From Octopus vulgaris (Eukaryota): 64,000 nucleotides of DNA. This document shows, piece after piece, positions 12,818-28,274 of the stretch. The notes under the pieces were generated by a model, which worked only from the letters and a program-made list of their open reading frames with translations, searched no databases and was not told the DNA's origin. Each line of letters begins with the position of its first letter. The first letter of the stretch is position 1. Where the stretch lies: NCBI GenBank assembly GCA_951406725.2, contig OX597826.1:61318001-61382000 (forward strand), read 5' to 3'. A program made the translations under genes and the position numbers.

Positions 12818-14871
12818 ATCACAGTTTTCTAAAATAACAAAACTAGTATTCTAGTATAATAAAACTGGAGTGTTTCTTTGCAATAAAAGCCATAGGAATG
12901 ATAGAGTTAAAAATAAAACCTTGTATGGTTAAGAAATACAAAAACTAAAAAGACAAATTAATCCTTTTGATACTAATCCACCTGAGACTGCTCTTGGTTC
13001 TGTGATGCACACTTCTTGCTTAAACACATTAACTGTCACATGTACCACCAGTGGTTCATCACAAGTCATGTCACCACACCACCAGATCTTAGAAATACCA
13101 TGCATTATACAAGTAAGTATATCGAAATATGTACACACAGACACATATACTGGCATTTTTATCAGTTATGACAACAGTTGATCCTATCAACCAAACAGCC
13201 TGCTCATGAAATTAAAACACGAATGGCCGAGCGCTCCACAGACATGCGTACCCTTAAGGTGGTTCTGAGGAAGATTCAGCATGATACGGAATGTGACAAC
13301 GCTGGCCCTTTGAAATACAGGTACTACTCATTTTTGCCAGCTGAGTGGACTAGAGCAATGTGAAGTAATGTCTCTTGCTCAAAGCTACAATGTACCACTG
13401 AGAATTGAACTCATGACCTTACGATTGAGAGTCAAATACCCTAACCACTAAACCACCCACCTTCATTACAACAGACACACACAAACACACATACAGCTGT
13501 GGAGTTAAGAAATTTGCTTCCCAATAACATGGTTTCGGGTTCAGTCCCACAGCCTGGTACCTTGGTCAATTGCCTTCTACAATAGCCTCAGGCCAACCAA
13601 AGCCATGGAAGTAGATCTGGTCGACAGAAACTGAAAGAAGCCCATCATATATGTGTGCATTATTGCTCCTAGTCTTGACTTCATGTGATAGTTGTAAATG
13701 AGTGTCACTGTGATGCAAGCGGTGTCCTTTGTTCCCAATCTTCAGTGAAAACAGGTCAAGTCATGAGAAAATATTATCTTATTTGGAAACAGATGAGTGG
13801 CCAAAAGGAAAGCCATATGGCATAGAAAATCTGCCTTGAACTCCATTCAGCCCATGCGAGCATGGACAACTGAACCTATATATATATATATATATATATA
13901 CTTGCCAGTACCGCCTGACTGGCCCTCGTGCTGGTGGCACATAAAAGCACCCACTACACTCTTGGAGTGGTTGGTGTTAGGAAGGACATCCAGCCGTAGA
14001 AACTCTGCCAGATCAGATTGGAGCCTGGTGCAGCCATCTGGTTTGCCAGTCCTCAGTCAAATCCTCCAACCCAGGCTAGCAGGGAAAGGGGACGTTAAAC
14101 GATGATGATATATATATATATATATGTATATTATATATATGCATGATCTTCGAATGTTGAGCCTCACAGAGGTAATGACAAGTGACTGAGACCTTTGGTA
14201 TTATGCTGTGCTTGAGAAAACTCATCAAGTCAAGTGCCAGTCGTGCATAAAAGCACCCATGCCAGTGGCATGTAAAAAGCACCCATTACATTCTTGGAGT
14301 GGTTGGTGTTGGGAAGGGCATCCAGCAGCAGAAACCATGCCAAATCATATGGGAAATTGGTGCAGCCTTCTGGCTTACCAGTTCTAGCCAAACCATCTAA
14401 CCCATGCCGGCATGGAAAACAAACACTAAATGATAATGATGATGATGTACACATACATACACACATACTTCATGGACTCCAACACAACTTAAAACCCCAC
14501 TTACGGTAATTTCATAATATCTATTACAAAATAACTTTTAAAATCCTTAGCTATTAAATGTAAGAAGCATGATTATTACTAAAATAATAGAGTACCATGC
14601 CAAAAAACAGAAATGATACTACACTCATGTTGTCAGATACAAGATTACTGACAGTAGAGACATTAGTTATAAAAACACTAGAATGTTAAACAAATGCAGA
14701 AGCCTGTGTGATTTTTCAGCCAGCCAGAAATAGCAACCAAATCTCTCTCAAATCACACCTTACCATCTTACAAAAAGTAATTTTACAACACTTTATTAAA
14801 AAACAAAATCTAACGAAAGAAACTTTACCCTTATCCACTTTAATCAGGAACAGGTACTTCAGCTGATTATG

Positions 14872-14906
<35 letters not shown>

Positions 14907-16644
14907 CCATTATTTAATGCTTTCTTCCAATGTTGGTATGGGTTGGACAGCTTGACAGGAGATGGCAAGCCAGAGGACTGCACCTAGCTCTGCTGTTCAC
15001 TTTGGCATGGTTTCTATAGCCGAATATCCTTCTTAATGCCAACCACTTTCACAGAGTACTGGGCACTTTTTACATGGCACCAGGATCAGTGAGGTCACCA
15101 AGACACCCTTCGACTGAGGAGTGAAGTGATGTTGAGGGAGGCAAGTTTGTGTTGCTAGTAATAAAAGATTAGAGTATGAAGAGTGACAGAAATAGGTGTC
15201 TTGCAGTGAATGAGATACATGGCTACTTCAGTTGGGGAGTGTGAGACGGTATCATAACCATCATTTAATGTCCACTTTACTATGCTTTCAAACATTACAT
15301 GGAATTCATCGAGGCAAATTTTCTGTGACTGGATACCCTTCTTGTTACAAACTCTCACCAGTTTCCAAGCAAGATAATATTCCCCTAAGGCACTAGATAT
15401 GTTTTTATGAAATATAAGGAATGAAGGGCACTGCATATGTAACAGTGACATTCATAACAACTATCACATGTTAAGAAAAGGAAACATACACGCAACAGGC
15501 TTCTTTCAGTTTCTACCCACCAAATTCACTCACAAGGCTTTGGTTGGCCCAAGCTCACAGAAGACAAATGCCTGAGGTGCTTCACACCCAAAATCTATGT
15601 GATTAAGAAGTATACTTCTAAATCACACAACCACACTTAGCTCCCACCCACATGCATATATACACACAAAGGCCAATTCAGAAGAGGTTGTGAAGCATTA
15701 CATTTTATGAGAAAGGAGAAGAGAAAGAGAAATAAAAGTCCAAAAACCCAACCACACCCAGACAAAGACAGCTGACTTGACAATAACATGCATCACACAC
15801 TAAAATAAAGCAAAGTTTAAAAAAAAAAACAACCAGTTTCAATTATTCTTTGTAACAGTCACATTTCTGGTCACAAACTGCTGTCTCAGAGCAAAGTCCT
15901 CATTTGGTATAAAAAGATCAAGCATAGGCGTGGCTATGTGGTAAATAGTTAATTTCCCAACTAAGTTCCGGGTTCAGTCCCACTGAAAAGAACCTCGGGC
16001 AAGTGTCTTCTACTATAGCCTTGGGCTGAACAAAGCCTTGTGAGTGGATTTAGTAGACAGAAAATGAAAGAAGCCCGTGTGTGTGTGAGAGAGTCTGTCC
16101 CCCTCCCCATCGCTTGACAAATGATGTTGGTGTGTTTACATCCCTCATAACTTAGAGACCAATTGAATAAGTACTAGGTTTACAAAGAATAAGTCCTGGG
16201 GTTGATCTGTTCAATTAAAGGTGGTGCTCTAGTATGGCCACAGTCGAAAGACTGAAACAAGTAAAAGAATAAAAGAATACTGTGGTCGATTTATTCGTCT
16301 AAAATATTCTCCAAGAGAGTGCCCCAGCATGGCCACAGACTAATAACTGAAATAAATAGAAGTAAAAGAGACAACCCTTCAAGCAAACACTTAGAAGTAA
16401 TGACAATAAACCACACATCATGGATTTAATGTCCACTTTTTTGTACATGCATGCTAGAATTTCTAGGGTTAGATGTCTTTCTTGTCACCAACTCTTACCC
16501 ATTTCCAAGCTGAATAATATTTACCCCATAGCCAAGTATGTTGGAAATGAATGACAGTGTTCATATGAGAGTGACCCTCATTTATAACTGTCACATAATG
16601 TTAATAAAGGAGACATAAACACACACACATACATACATACATAC

Positions 16645-17500
16645 ATCATCATCATCATCGTTTAATGTCCATTTTCCATGCAAGCATGAGTTGGACGGTT
16701 CAACTGGGGTCTGGGAAGCCAGAAGGCTGTGCCAGGCCCAGTCTGATCTGGCAGTGTTTCTACAGCTGGATGCCCTTCCTAACGCCAACCACTCCGTGAG
16801 TGTAGTGGGTGCTTTTTACGTGCCACCTGCACAGGTGCCAGACAAGGCTGGCAAACGGCCACAATTGGATGGTGCTTTTTACATGCCACCGGCACGGAGG
16901 CCAGTCGGGGCGGCGCTGGCAATGGCCATGTTCAGACAGTTCTCTTACGTGCCACCGGCACTGGTATCACAGCTACAATTTCCATTGATGTTGATCGATT
17001 TCGATTTTGATACATACATACATACATCTATATGACAGGCTTCTTTCAGTTTCCATCTACCAAATCCACTCAAAAAAGGCCTTGGCCAGCCTGGGGCTTG
17101 AGTAGAAGACCCTTCTCAAGGTGCCATGTGGGGTGACTGAACCTGAAACCATGAGATTAGGGAAGCTAATTTCCTAACCACACAGCTGGCTTCCGGTGGC
17201 ACATAAAAAGCACCATCCGATCGCGGCCGTTGACAGCCTCGCCTGGCCTCCGTGCCGGTGACACGTAAAAAGCACCATCCGATCGTGGCCGTTTGCCAGC
17301 CTCGTCTGGCACCTGTGCTGGTGGCACGTAAAAAGCACCCACTACACTCATGGAGTGGTTGGCGTTAGGAAGGGCATCCAGCAGTAGAAACATCGCCAGA
17401 TCAGACTGGGCCTGGTGCAGCTTTCTGGCTTCCCAGACCCCAGTTGCACCGTCCAACCCAAGCCAGCATGGAAAGCGGACGCTAAACGATGATGATGATG
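16645..17500. mobile_element. Two oppositely oriented RTE 3' UTR-derived elements (others at ~865-1025, 3898-4250, 11870-12235, 13905-14445, 40790-41000, 45020-45490, 49125-49285)
   Basis: Homologous to the 50850-51400 3' UTR and (GAT)n tail of the RTE LINE. Confidence 0.85.
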
Positions 17501-18144
17501 ATGACAGCCATATCTGTGCTTGAGATATATAAAATAACTACTTGGGTTGCCCATCTTTCTCTGGCATTTTTTAAAGATAATAGACCTGGCTGCTGCTACT
17601 ACTACTACTACTATTACTATTACTACTACAGAAAAGGTTATGTATGAATGTGGAGAGCAGTTATCAATACTGCCTCCTTAGTTATGAACCAGAACAGATG
17701 ATATACAATGAGAAATAGCTGCTAAATCTGGGTGAAGTTGCACTCTACTGTTTTAAAACAGAAACGATACATTAGGCAATGAAATAGGTAAAAAAAATTG
17801 ACTAGAACATGGTCTGATCAGGTGTTCTCAGTCAAGATTGACCTGGGGTTAAATAACAGCAACAATATTCTTTAAAAGCAGAGCAGAGCAGAATATCTGG
17901 TCGGTAAACACTTGAAAAAATTCTAAGAAAAGCCTTACATACACACATATACACACGCAAATATATGTATATAAATATATACATACAAATTTACACACAC
18001 ATATATACGTATATAAATATATACACACACACAAATACATGTATGTATATGTAGTGCTTTTCTCTACTCTTCATGAGTTTATGTGTATATTAGCATGCCG
18101 TTGTTTACTTTCCTACTTCAGATCAGCTCTCCCCACTTCCCCCA

Positions 18145-18184
<40 letters not shown>

Positions 18185-18810
18185 TCCTCCTCCTCCTCCT
18201 TTCATCCCTCCCCTGCTTCTATTTTTACCTCTTTCTACCCACCTCTATCACTACATTACCATATATACTGTTGCAGTGATTCTGGTTGGTCACCTATCAA
18301 GGATAAAGGGAGTCAGATACAATGACCCAGCCACCACTAAAACACCACTGACCACCAACACCACCACCACTATCTCAATAACAGACAGAGATGGGGGAAT
18401 GTGAAGGAAGAAACACAGGTAGATATGGGGTTGTTTACGGCATTTTCTACCTATATACACATGCCACAGGTATCTCTGTCTGTGGTTATCTGTCTGTCTG
18501 TCTGTGGTATGAAATACAAGAATAGAGCAGCTGGAATCTTTCCAATAAATATATCTACTGCAAGCAAATTCTTGCCAATGTTTCTGATTTGTCTTAACAT
18601 TTGTTTTAACAGCTTAAAACCGAACAACAAATGATGTAAACAACATTTCATAGATGATGACGATGATGATGGTGATGATGATGGCGATGATAATGATGCT
18701 AATAATAATAACTGAATATTTGATGCTACTATGATAATGCTGACGTTGGCCACATTGTCGATAATGTTGATGTTAGTGATAATGAGGTTCATTATAGAGA
18801 TGATGATAAT

Positions 18811-19193
18811 GACATAAATGATGATGATGGCTCACTGATGATGAACTACCCTGCCCCATCCTCTACCAATCTGCCATGTACCACCTTGGCAATATCATTT
18901 CTTACACAGACATTATAAGATCAATGCAGGGTGCAGGGTGGACATAAATGATGATGATGGCTCACTGATGATGAACCACCCTGCCCCATCCTCTACCAAT
19001 CTGCCATGTACCACCTTGGCAATATCATTTCTTACACAGACATTATAAGATCAATGCAGGGTGCAGGGTGGACATAAATGATGATGATGGCTCACTGATG
19101 ATGAACCACCCTGCCCCATCCTCTACCAATCTGCCATGTACCACCTTGGCAATATCATTTCTTACACAGACATTATAAGATCAATGCAGGGTG
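18811..19193. repeat. Tandem triplication of a 130 bp unit
   Basis: Units start at 18811, 18941 and 19071; nearly identical. Confidence 0.95.
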
Positions 19194-21566
19194 GACTAGG
19201 TCAATAACACCAACCCCCAGTAGTTAACAAAATTTTTATCAACCCTAAAAGAATCAAAGGCAAAGTTGATCTGGGCAAGATCTGAACTTAGAATGTGAAG
19301 TTCCAGTTCCAGATCAAATTTCACAAAGAATTTTGTCTGAAGCTCTAACAGAGACACAAAGTCAGAGATATGAGTGGGAAGGGTTGATTGATTAAGTTGA
19401 TCCAGATATTATACTAGTATTTATTTAATTGACCCAGGGTGTAAAAATCCTAAAATGTAAAGATGCTGCAAGGAACTCTGTCACATGCTCTAATAAAAAT
19501 TCTTTCTACTATAGGCACAAGACCTGAAATTTTGAAGGAGGGGGATAGTCAATTCCATCAACCCCAGTGCTCAACAGCTTGTCTGGTACTTATTTTATTG
19601 ACCCCCAAAATGATGAAAGGCAAAGTCGACCTTAGTTGAATTTGAACTCAGAATGTAAAACCAGAAGAAATGCTGATAAGCATTTTGTCCAGCATGCTAA
19701 CGATTTTGCCAGCTGGTTGACTTCAGCTCGCAAATAATAATTATTGTTATTGCTAATCTAGGCACAAGGCCTTGAAAATTTGGGGGGGGAAAGGGGCTAG
19801 TCAATTATATCGACCCCAGTGCATAACTGGTACTTAGTTCATCGAACCCCGAAAGGCAAAGTCGACCTCGGCATAATTTGAACTCAGAATGTTACGGCAG
19901 ACAAAATACTGCTAAGCATTTCACTGAATGTGCTAACAATTCTGCCAGCTCACCACTTGAATAATAATAATAATAATAATGTCATGCACTGTTTATCTTG
20001 ATATGACATCACCATGTTTGAGATGCATGCACCTGGTGTATCCTTATCAGACAGGTAGTGATGATGGGTATATAGACCCCAGTGCATAACTGGTACTTGT
20101 CTCATCAAAGCCAAAAGGGTGAAAGGCCTTGGGCTTCATATATTTGTACCCCAGTGTCACTTTGATGGCATATACTGCTCCCTCACTCAATAATAACCCT
20201 TTCTACTATAGGCACAAAGCCTGAAATTTTGGGGGAGGTGATAAGTCGATTACGTCGACTCCAGTGCATATCTGGTACTTGTTTCATCGACCACGAAAGG
20301 ATGAAAGGCAAAGTCAACCTGGGCAGAATTTGAACTCAGAACGTAAGGACAGCTGTAATGCTGCTAAGCATTTCGCCAAGTGTGTTAGCAATTCTGCCAG
20401 CTCACCACCTTAATAATAATAGTAATGAAGATTTTGTGGCATAAGGCTAAAGCAATCACTGAACTCTGTACCAACTGTAGTACCATGAGCTACTGAGACT
20501 GGTTAACAAGGGATCCTCTACATGGTTGCCCCAGCAGCAAGAAGTAGCAACCAAGTCTTCCTCAAATCACAATCACATTTGACAGTAATATAACACAGGG
20601 AAAAGAAACGTTAGATTACATAGTCCTAGACATATGCCTAAAATGACCTAGTGTTAAACAAAAAGCCACCACCACTACCACCGCCCCAACTCTCAGTACC
20701 GGGCTTATTAATATTATGAAGACGGCTAAAAGCTAAAGTTAATGTTGGAGGGATCAGATGTTAAATTTTAAAGGGTCATAACTGCACTGTTACTATTGCT
20801 ACGCACCATATAATAATAAAAACTACAGAACCATGGATAAAACTGGATAAATGTGGCAAGACGTAGGGTGGAATGAACTAAGGAAGAGTACATCTATTGA
20901 TATATATTTATATATAAATGTGTGTGTGTGGGTATCTATTTGTGTAGGTATATAAGTGTCATTGCGTATTGATGTGTGCATATATGTATGCGTAAGTATG
21001 TGCTTGTATATTCATGTCTATATATGAATGTGTACTAAAAGCAGGGAAGGGAGAGAGAATGACAATAACAAAGAGGGAAAGGAAGAGGGAGAGAGAAAGT
21101 GTGTCAAATGTGTGCTAGTATACTGATTGGAGCAAGAAACTTAAGAGTTGACCAATCGGCATGCAGCAATTTTAATGATGGTAGTAATAGTTTCATTTGC
21201 TTTCATTCATTCATTTTTGTTCTTTGTGTGGGTCAGTCTCCTTGACACCATATGTGACTTGTGAAGTAAGAGAGAAAGGGTAGGGAAGACAAGAGAGATA
21301 ATGAGAGATAGGCAGACAGAAAGAAAGAGTCTAATCTGTTGGTGGTGAAGGTGGGAGTAAATGAACCAGAGATAGACAGTCAAGCAGGCAGGATGGCAGA
21401 TGGATAGGAAGGCAGGCATTAATCTGTGAATATGCAGGAGTGAATCAGACAAAAGAGAGAGATCCACCACTGCATGGCACCTGAAGCAAGTGACTTCTAC
21501 AAGTCTTGGGTTGAGCCAGTATTTTTGTCAGCGGAGCTTAATACACAGAAACTGTGCAGAAGCTCA

Positions 21567-21693
21567 TCTTATTTTATCAATTAATATTTGTTGAACCACT
21601 AAGTTATGGCTCACCAAGGAATGCAAGTTTATATTGCATTCCTCCATAAGTCATAACTGAGTGGTTCAACAAATATTCATTGATAAAATAAGA
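21567..21693. repeat. Imperfect hairpin (~127 nt)
   Basis: tcttattttatcaa..aatatttgttgaaccact / agtggttcaacaaatatt..ttgataaaataaga; inner stem aggaatgcaa/ttgcattcct. Confidence 0.85.
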
Positions 21694-22114
21694 ACCAGAT
21701 GGGTGTAAGTACTTGGACCACTATGATAGGCAAAACCCTTGAAGACAGTGTCCTAATTCCAGGTGGACCCAACCCTTGAGATGACTGAAACTAGTAGTAA
21801 AATAAATAAATAAATAAAATACATCAAACATACCAAACAGACATTCCTGACAGAATTTGTAATTTTTGTTTGCTTAAATTATATTGCACTGATTATAGTG
21901 GAAAAGACTATCATCAACTGATAATGTTATATACACACCTAGCATCATCACCATAAATCATTATTTAACAACCCTTTTTCCATGCAAGGATGGGTTGAAC
22001 AGATGAGACAGAGGGCTGCACCAAGCTCCAGTGTTTGTATGTATTTGTTATTAAATATGATGACAAACCATAACATTTGCATAAAATATACACACACAAG
22101 CATATATATATATA

Positions 22115-22355
22115 TATAGTTAATCCAAATATGAAAACACAACAACGCAAGGATGTGGAACAAGTAAAGTGCTATTGGACGCTCAGGAAAGGAAAGAAAG
22201 AAGGAGGATTTAACATTTCGAGCGGAGCTCTTCGTCAGAAGAGCATAGGCTCAAAACGTAAAAGACTTTTTCTATTCCTGAGCGTTATACTAATACATCT
22301 GTTTGTTTTGTACACCACCTGTCTTCGTCTCTTGTTTTTTTGTGAACTCTCCCCC
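22115..22355. mobile_element. TA-flanked Penelope-pLTR-like element: two units joined back to back, each with a minimal hammerhead-like motif
   Basis: Minus strand CTGACGA-agagctccgctc-GAAA-tgttaaa at ~22208-22240. Plus strand gaagagcataggctcaaaacgtaaaagac, related to the 520-700 copy. Confidence 0.6.
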
Positions 22356-25228
22356 TATATATATATATATATATATACTCTTGTAATTTTGTCTACAAAT
22401 TTTGTCTGACGCATGGGTCAGACAATTTCTTGGGATGCTCTTCCTGCTGCCAACTCGCATCTTTTTTTCAAGCAAGGTAAATATTTCCCATGGCCAGATC
22501 AATGTCTGCCTACACATACACTACACACACACATATATCTTGCACATACACGGCCATTTTCAGATGTGGAAGACTAAAAGCAAATATAACATTTATATGA
22601 TGGTGTTGCATACTTACAACTACTATGCAATATAATGACAAAGATATATACAGATACCAACAGACACACACACACATGACTTGATTTTGTGGAACTCTCT
22701 TCCACTCCTTACACTACCATGGTTTTCCTGAAATGAACTGTTCTGATATATTTTTAGTTGAGGGGAGTAAAAACTTATTTTAGTCGATTGATATTTTTGT
22801 AGATTTTTAGTCACTTGACGCACTTTAGTAATTCATTTTGATTACTTATTTTAGTTGATTGTATAAACCTTTTCTTGATAGGTCATTCTATATATTTTGT
22901 ATTTTTATGTGCAAACATAAATTTTGCCTTCTGTGCTTTTATATATGCATTCCTTTTACATATTGAAGGCCACGATAATGTTTATATATGATCAAATGTA
23001 TGGAAGCGAGATGTTATATGAAGTTGTTGACTTCAATTTGATGTTTCTCCTCTAATCAATGTTTTTTTTTTTGTCTCTGTCTCAATTTCATAAGAGCACT
23101 TCTTTATTTTGCAATCCTATAAACCCATTTTGTCTTCATAAAAAGAGACAAAAATTATTTCTTGTCATATTTTCTGCCATACAATCTGGATTTTTTAGAC
23201 CAAAATTTACAGCCAGGAAAAAAAAGGGGAAAAAAAAGGTAAGTCAACTTATATACCAAGATGACTTAGGAGGTCCGAAAATCAATGTGAAATGCAATAG
23301 GATTTGGAAATATAGTGACAATGTTAGAAGGTTTACACTACACGTTTACTATACTGTATACTACATCAACTTGTTACCAGAAATACAATGTGTGTGTGTA
23401 TACATATATTTTAATATTTCACTTAGACATAGTGAAACTAATAACTTGATGTAGAACTCAATATACATATGCTTCAGAACACAATGTCAGATGAGTATAG
23501 AATAATAATAAAAACAAAGAGAAGACACCAGAAAAAACAAAGTCTATGTAATGAAATTCATTAGCTTACAGAGAGACAGACAGACAGACAGAGGGAGAGA
23601 GAGAGAGAACAAGAATTATTAATAAGGGATTATCAATCCAGCTAAAATACTTCACAAGCTCTCTTAATACAAGTACACTAGGCTAACAAAATGTTTTCAG
23701 ACTGGTAGAGAACTCCAGGTAATGCTAAAGCAAAATTTGAAGTCTGTTACCAGTTGACTTTGTAAATCCATGGTTGCGTTTCCCAGTTAATCTGATCTTT
23801 TGCATTAAGTGATATACAAAAAAAAGGCATAAATAATGAGCTTTACATATTTCTTTATTTGTGCATCTTTGACTTACAAGCATTTCTGATATGCATTGTA
23901 TACTTATATACATAAATATATATAGTCAATTTAAATAAACAAATATATAAATGAAAAAACACAAACACGAGGACATGCACAAGAAATATATTAGCTTGAC
24001 GATCAGTGAAAGGAGAGAGTTTGATGTTTCAAGCACAGCTCTTTGTCGGAAAGGAGAAAGAGAGAGGTAGAAGAACGGAGAAGAAATCACCAATAGCACA
24101 TGTGTAGTTACATTGCTGATATATATATATATATATCAGATTTAATCTCCCACCAAAAATAACATGAACATTCACTTGTATCCTCACTTTATGGAATTAC
24201 CTACACACTGGATTAGCATGTAAGCACCTGAGCATTCCAGATAAGTATACCCTTAATCCAGGTAGAATCAGTGTAAGACTGTGTGATGAAGGTGGTCCTT
24301 TGATTTACATGTACAGATCATCAAAAGGGCTTATACAAGTTTCCATCATCGGTCAACCTGGGGCCATGATAAATGATGTTTCCCAAAGATGCTACACAAT
24401 AGAACTGAACCTGGTCCTTATGATTCTGAAACAAACTTAACCACCCAGCCATGCCTGTATCAACACACATACTCTCACACACACACACACACACATTCAT
24501 GGTTGTAGCCATTAAGCTATAGTCACACTGGGACACCGGGTGGGGGGGGAGTAATGTCCTTGTCAATGTTCACAATAAATTTGACTAGTCTTAATACAGA
24601 CAGTTACCGCATTCATAAACTTGTTTAAAAATAATATTCTTACTTTATTTAACATACACACACACAAATTAGTGTTTAGTATCAATCTTTCATGTTAGTA
24701 TAGGTTTGAGAGAGACAGATAGATCAGAGGAGTGTGTCATGCTCCAATGTCTATTTTGAAATGGTTTCTACTACTGGATGCCCTTCTTAATGCCAACCAC
24801 TTTACAGAGCGCACTGGATAAATTTTTCCAAGGCACCAGCATGAGTGAGGTCACCATGTAACTCAGAAGACTAAAATCCTCTACAATATAGAGGGAAGCA
24901 GGCTTCTGCTAGGTGATTCAGAGGTTAAAGATGAAAGGAGGAGGATGTAACAGGTTTCTGGATGGAGAGGAGACACACAGCTTCTTGCACATTTCTCTAT
25001 GTACAAGTATACATGTGTATATGTGTGTGCGTGTGTGTGTATACACACACAAACACAAAGGTGCAGGCATAGCTATATTGTTAATAAGCTTGCTGGGATC
25101 TAGGGTTCAGTCCCACTGTACAGCTTCTTAGGAAAGTGTCTTCCACAACAGCCCCAGGCTAACCAAAGCCTTGAGTGGATTTGGTAGATGGAAACTGAAA
25201 GAAGCCTCTTGTGTATGTGTGAATATAT

Positions 25229-25266
<38 letters not shown>

Positions 25267-26085
25267 CATCATCATCATCATCATTTAGCGTCCGTTTTCC
25301 ATGCTAGCATGGGTTGGACGGTTCAACTGGGGTCATTTTCACTTGCCTCAACAGGTCTTCACAAGTGTCACAAGAAGGAAGGTATGCACAGGTGGACTGA
25401 CTACGTCCCAGGTAGGGGCCACATGTATATATATATATATATGCAAACTGGTGCGTTGTGTTTTGTGTATACCCTTGTCTAGGCATCATCATACAAACAA
25501 GGTTGTATCAGGAAATAAATGCCTATTTCATATTACCCTGCTTGGAAGCTGGTGAGTGTTGGTGACAGGGAAGGTACCCAGTGATAGAAAATCTGCCTCA
25601 ACAAATTCTGTCCGACCCATGCAAGCATGGAAAAGTAGACGGTGAATGATGATGACTGATGATGACACACACTGACACAAGAAAGTGCGTGTGTTTGTGT
25701 GTGTATGTGTGTGTATAACAAACGCATACATACATACATCTTAGTAAGCAAGCATCACGTTTTAATATTACTAATCTGGCTGACTGGACAGGCACAAGTG
25801 GACAGCTACCATGCGTGCACACATACACATTAAATAAACTTACAAAGAAAGCTATCCTGAAGTAATGAGAAGAGAGAATTAAGGAAGTTATATCAAAGAC
25901 GATAACAACAACAGCAACAACAAGTAGTAGTACTAGTAGTAGTAGTAGTAGTAAACCAAAAGAAATATGTGGCCATCCTGTTTGTATGAAAGCAAAGATA
26001 AGAGTAAGAATGTCTGACAGGCACACAGACAAACAGGAAAGAAAATCTAGCAGAAAAAGCCTTCAGATAAGCATTTTACAAGTGT

Positions 26086-26131
<46 letters not shown>

Positions 26132-26344
26132 AAATATATGATGTGTGCAACACACATTGTACACATAAATATAGATATGATGTGCAACACACACACACAC
26201 ACACACACTAAGGCAACATACAGATACATATAACATTTGATATTTTGACTCGTGTACAAACATTTGCAAATGTGAATGTGTGTGTGTGTCAGTGTTTATT
26301 TATATATATATATATATATACACACACACAATATGCTTTCAATA

Positions 26345-26512
26345 TGTGACCTCGTGAGTACTGCTGGCGATTTTTTTCCTCTGTCTTCCCTTCTCGGGAT
26401 CTTTCCTTCTCCTATGTTTCCGATGAAGAGCTCCGCTCGAAATGTTAAACCCTCCTTCTTTCCTTCTTTCCAGAGCGTCCAATAATACTTTATTTGTACC
26501 ACGTCCTCGTGT
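26345..26512 (+). mobile_element. Copy of minimal-hammerhead TA-flanked element family
   Basis: gttt-CCGATGA-agagctccgctc-GAAA-tgtt-aaac; similar to copies at 22115-22240, 23925-24115 and 43280-43470. Confidence 0.65.
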
Positions 26513-28274
26513 TTATATACACACACACATGTACACATAAATATAGATATGATGTGCAACATACACATACAACATCTGATATCTACATACATGTGCAAAC
26601 ATTTGCACATATGCATAGATGTGTATATATATATATATATATATGCAAATAAAAGAATGTGAATGTGTATGCACATAAACATTCATGCACGTATATGCAC
26701 ACCCAAGTTGCAGTATATGAAAGTCAAGAGCCAACTCAAGTACACTGCCACCTACAAACCAACCAGCCAACTTGGCATTAGTGCACTCTAAGACAGAGAT
26801 GTATTCAGCCTGTGGCCTCTATGATGGTATTCAGAGCTAGTAGGGCTTATACCATGACTATATAATCATATCAGGTGACAGTTGAGATAATGTTACCACC
26901 ATATCATCTGATCAAGTAACAACCAATACAACAATAACTATAGCAAAAAAGATATTACAATAGATTATTTGCTATCTACCGACATAAGAAATCAGGCAAA
27001 ACCTGAGATAACACCACAATATCATACATACAATAGTAACTGAAATGATACCAAAGTACCTAGTGAAAGTTAGAAAGATATCAGTGATAGAAATGTAATA
27101 TCACAGCATTAAGTAGCAATATCTTTTGTACAGGGCAGTGTTTCTCAACTATTTTTGTGCCACACTCCACTTTGATTTTCCTATCCCACCACCAAAATAA
27201 AAAAACGTGTCCCACCGTGAACAAATTAACAAATTATAGAGTGAGTGAGTGTGTGTATATATGAAGACACCCTTTGGTCATAAATGATCATGGAACTGTA
27301 CCTAGAAAGTTCCCCTCTAAGGCACAAGTCTAAGTAAAGTTGCTTATGGAAGACCAGCAGTTGCTTATGGAAGACCAGCAGTCACTCATGCATACCAGCC
27401 TCCTCTCTCTACATCACTGATGTTATCCACGGGAAAGATAAAAGCCGATACAGTGAACTGGAGCAACATGAGAGAAAGTGCCTTGCTCAAGAACACAACA
27501 CACAGCCATAGTCGAAAACACTTGCTCAAGATGCCCCGCAGTGGGACTGAACCCAGAACCATATGGTTGGGAAGTAAATTTCTTACCACACAGCCATGCA
27601 TTCGCCTATATACGAGTGTGTGTGTGTGTGTATTCAAAAGAAGTTTTGATTAAAACATTATTGAAAGTTTAATGCACGTCTAACTTAGGCCCCATTCTGA
27701 AGTAATCCACACCCCTACCAAAATATTACCACACACCTTGCGAAACATCTTTATATTGTATTTTGACTACTGACTATACAGTCAAAATGTTGCACCAGGT
27801 TATTATTATTTCATGGTTCAATGAGTTTGTAGAAGGAAGCACAGCCAATGTTGAGTAAATACTATTTATTAAACAGGATAGTTCATCAGCAAAAATATTT
27901 GTACTGACAAAATATTTAAATATAAACACTTGCACCAAAACACCCACCCCGTTTAGCACTAGAGTGGAAACCCAGATCTTTCACAACACACACACATGCA
28001 TGTACAATACTTGTTTTTCTTTATACTCTTTACTCTTTTACTTGTTTCAGTCATTTGACTGCGGCCATGCTGGAGCACCGCCTTTAGTCGAGCAAATCGA
28101 CCCCGGGACTTATTCTTTGTAAGCCTGGTACTTATTCTACTGGTCTCTTTTGCCGAACCGCTAAGTTACGGGGACGTAAAGACATCAGCATCGGTTGTCA
28201 AGCGATGTTGGGTTGGGGGGACAAACACAGACACACAAACACACATACGCATATATATATATATATATATATAT

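Noticed and set aside
18811-19193. Tandem unit containing CTGATGA and ATGATGA (retrozyme or C/D snoRNA?)
   Set aside because: No GAAA or hammerhead stems in the unit; motifs derive from the adjacent (GAT)n microsatellite.
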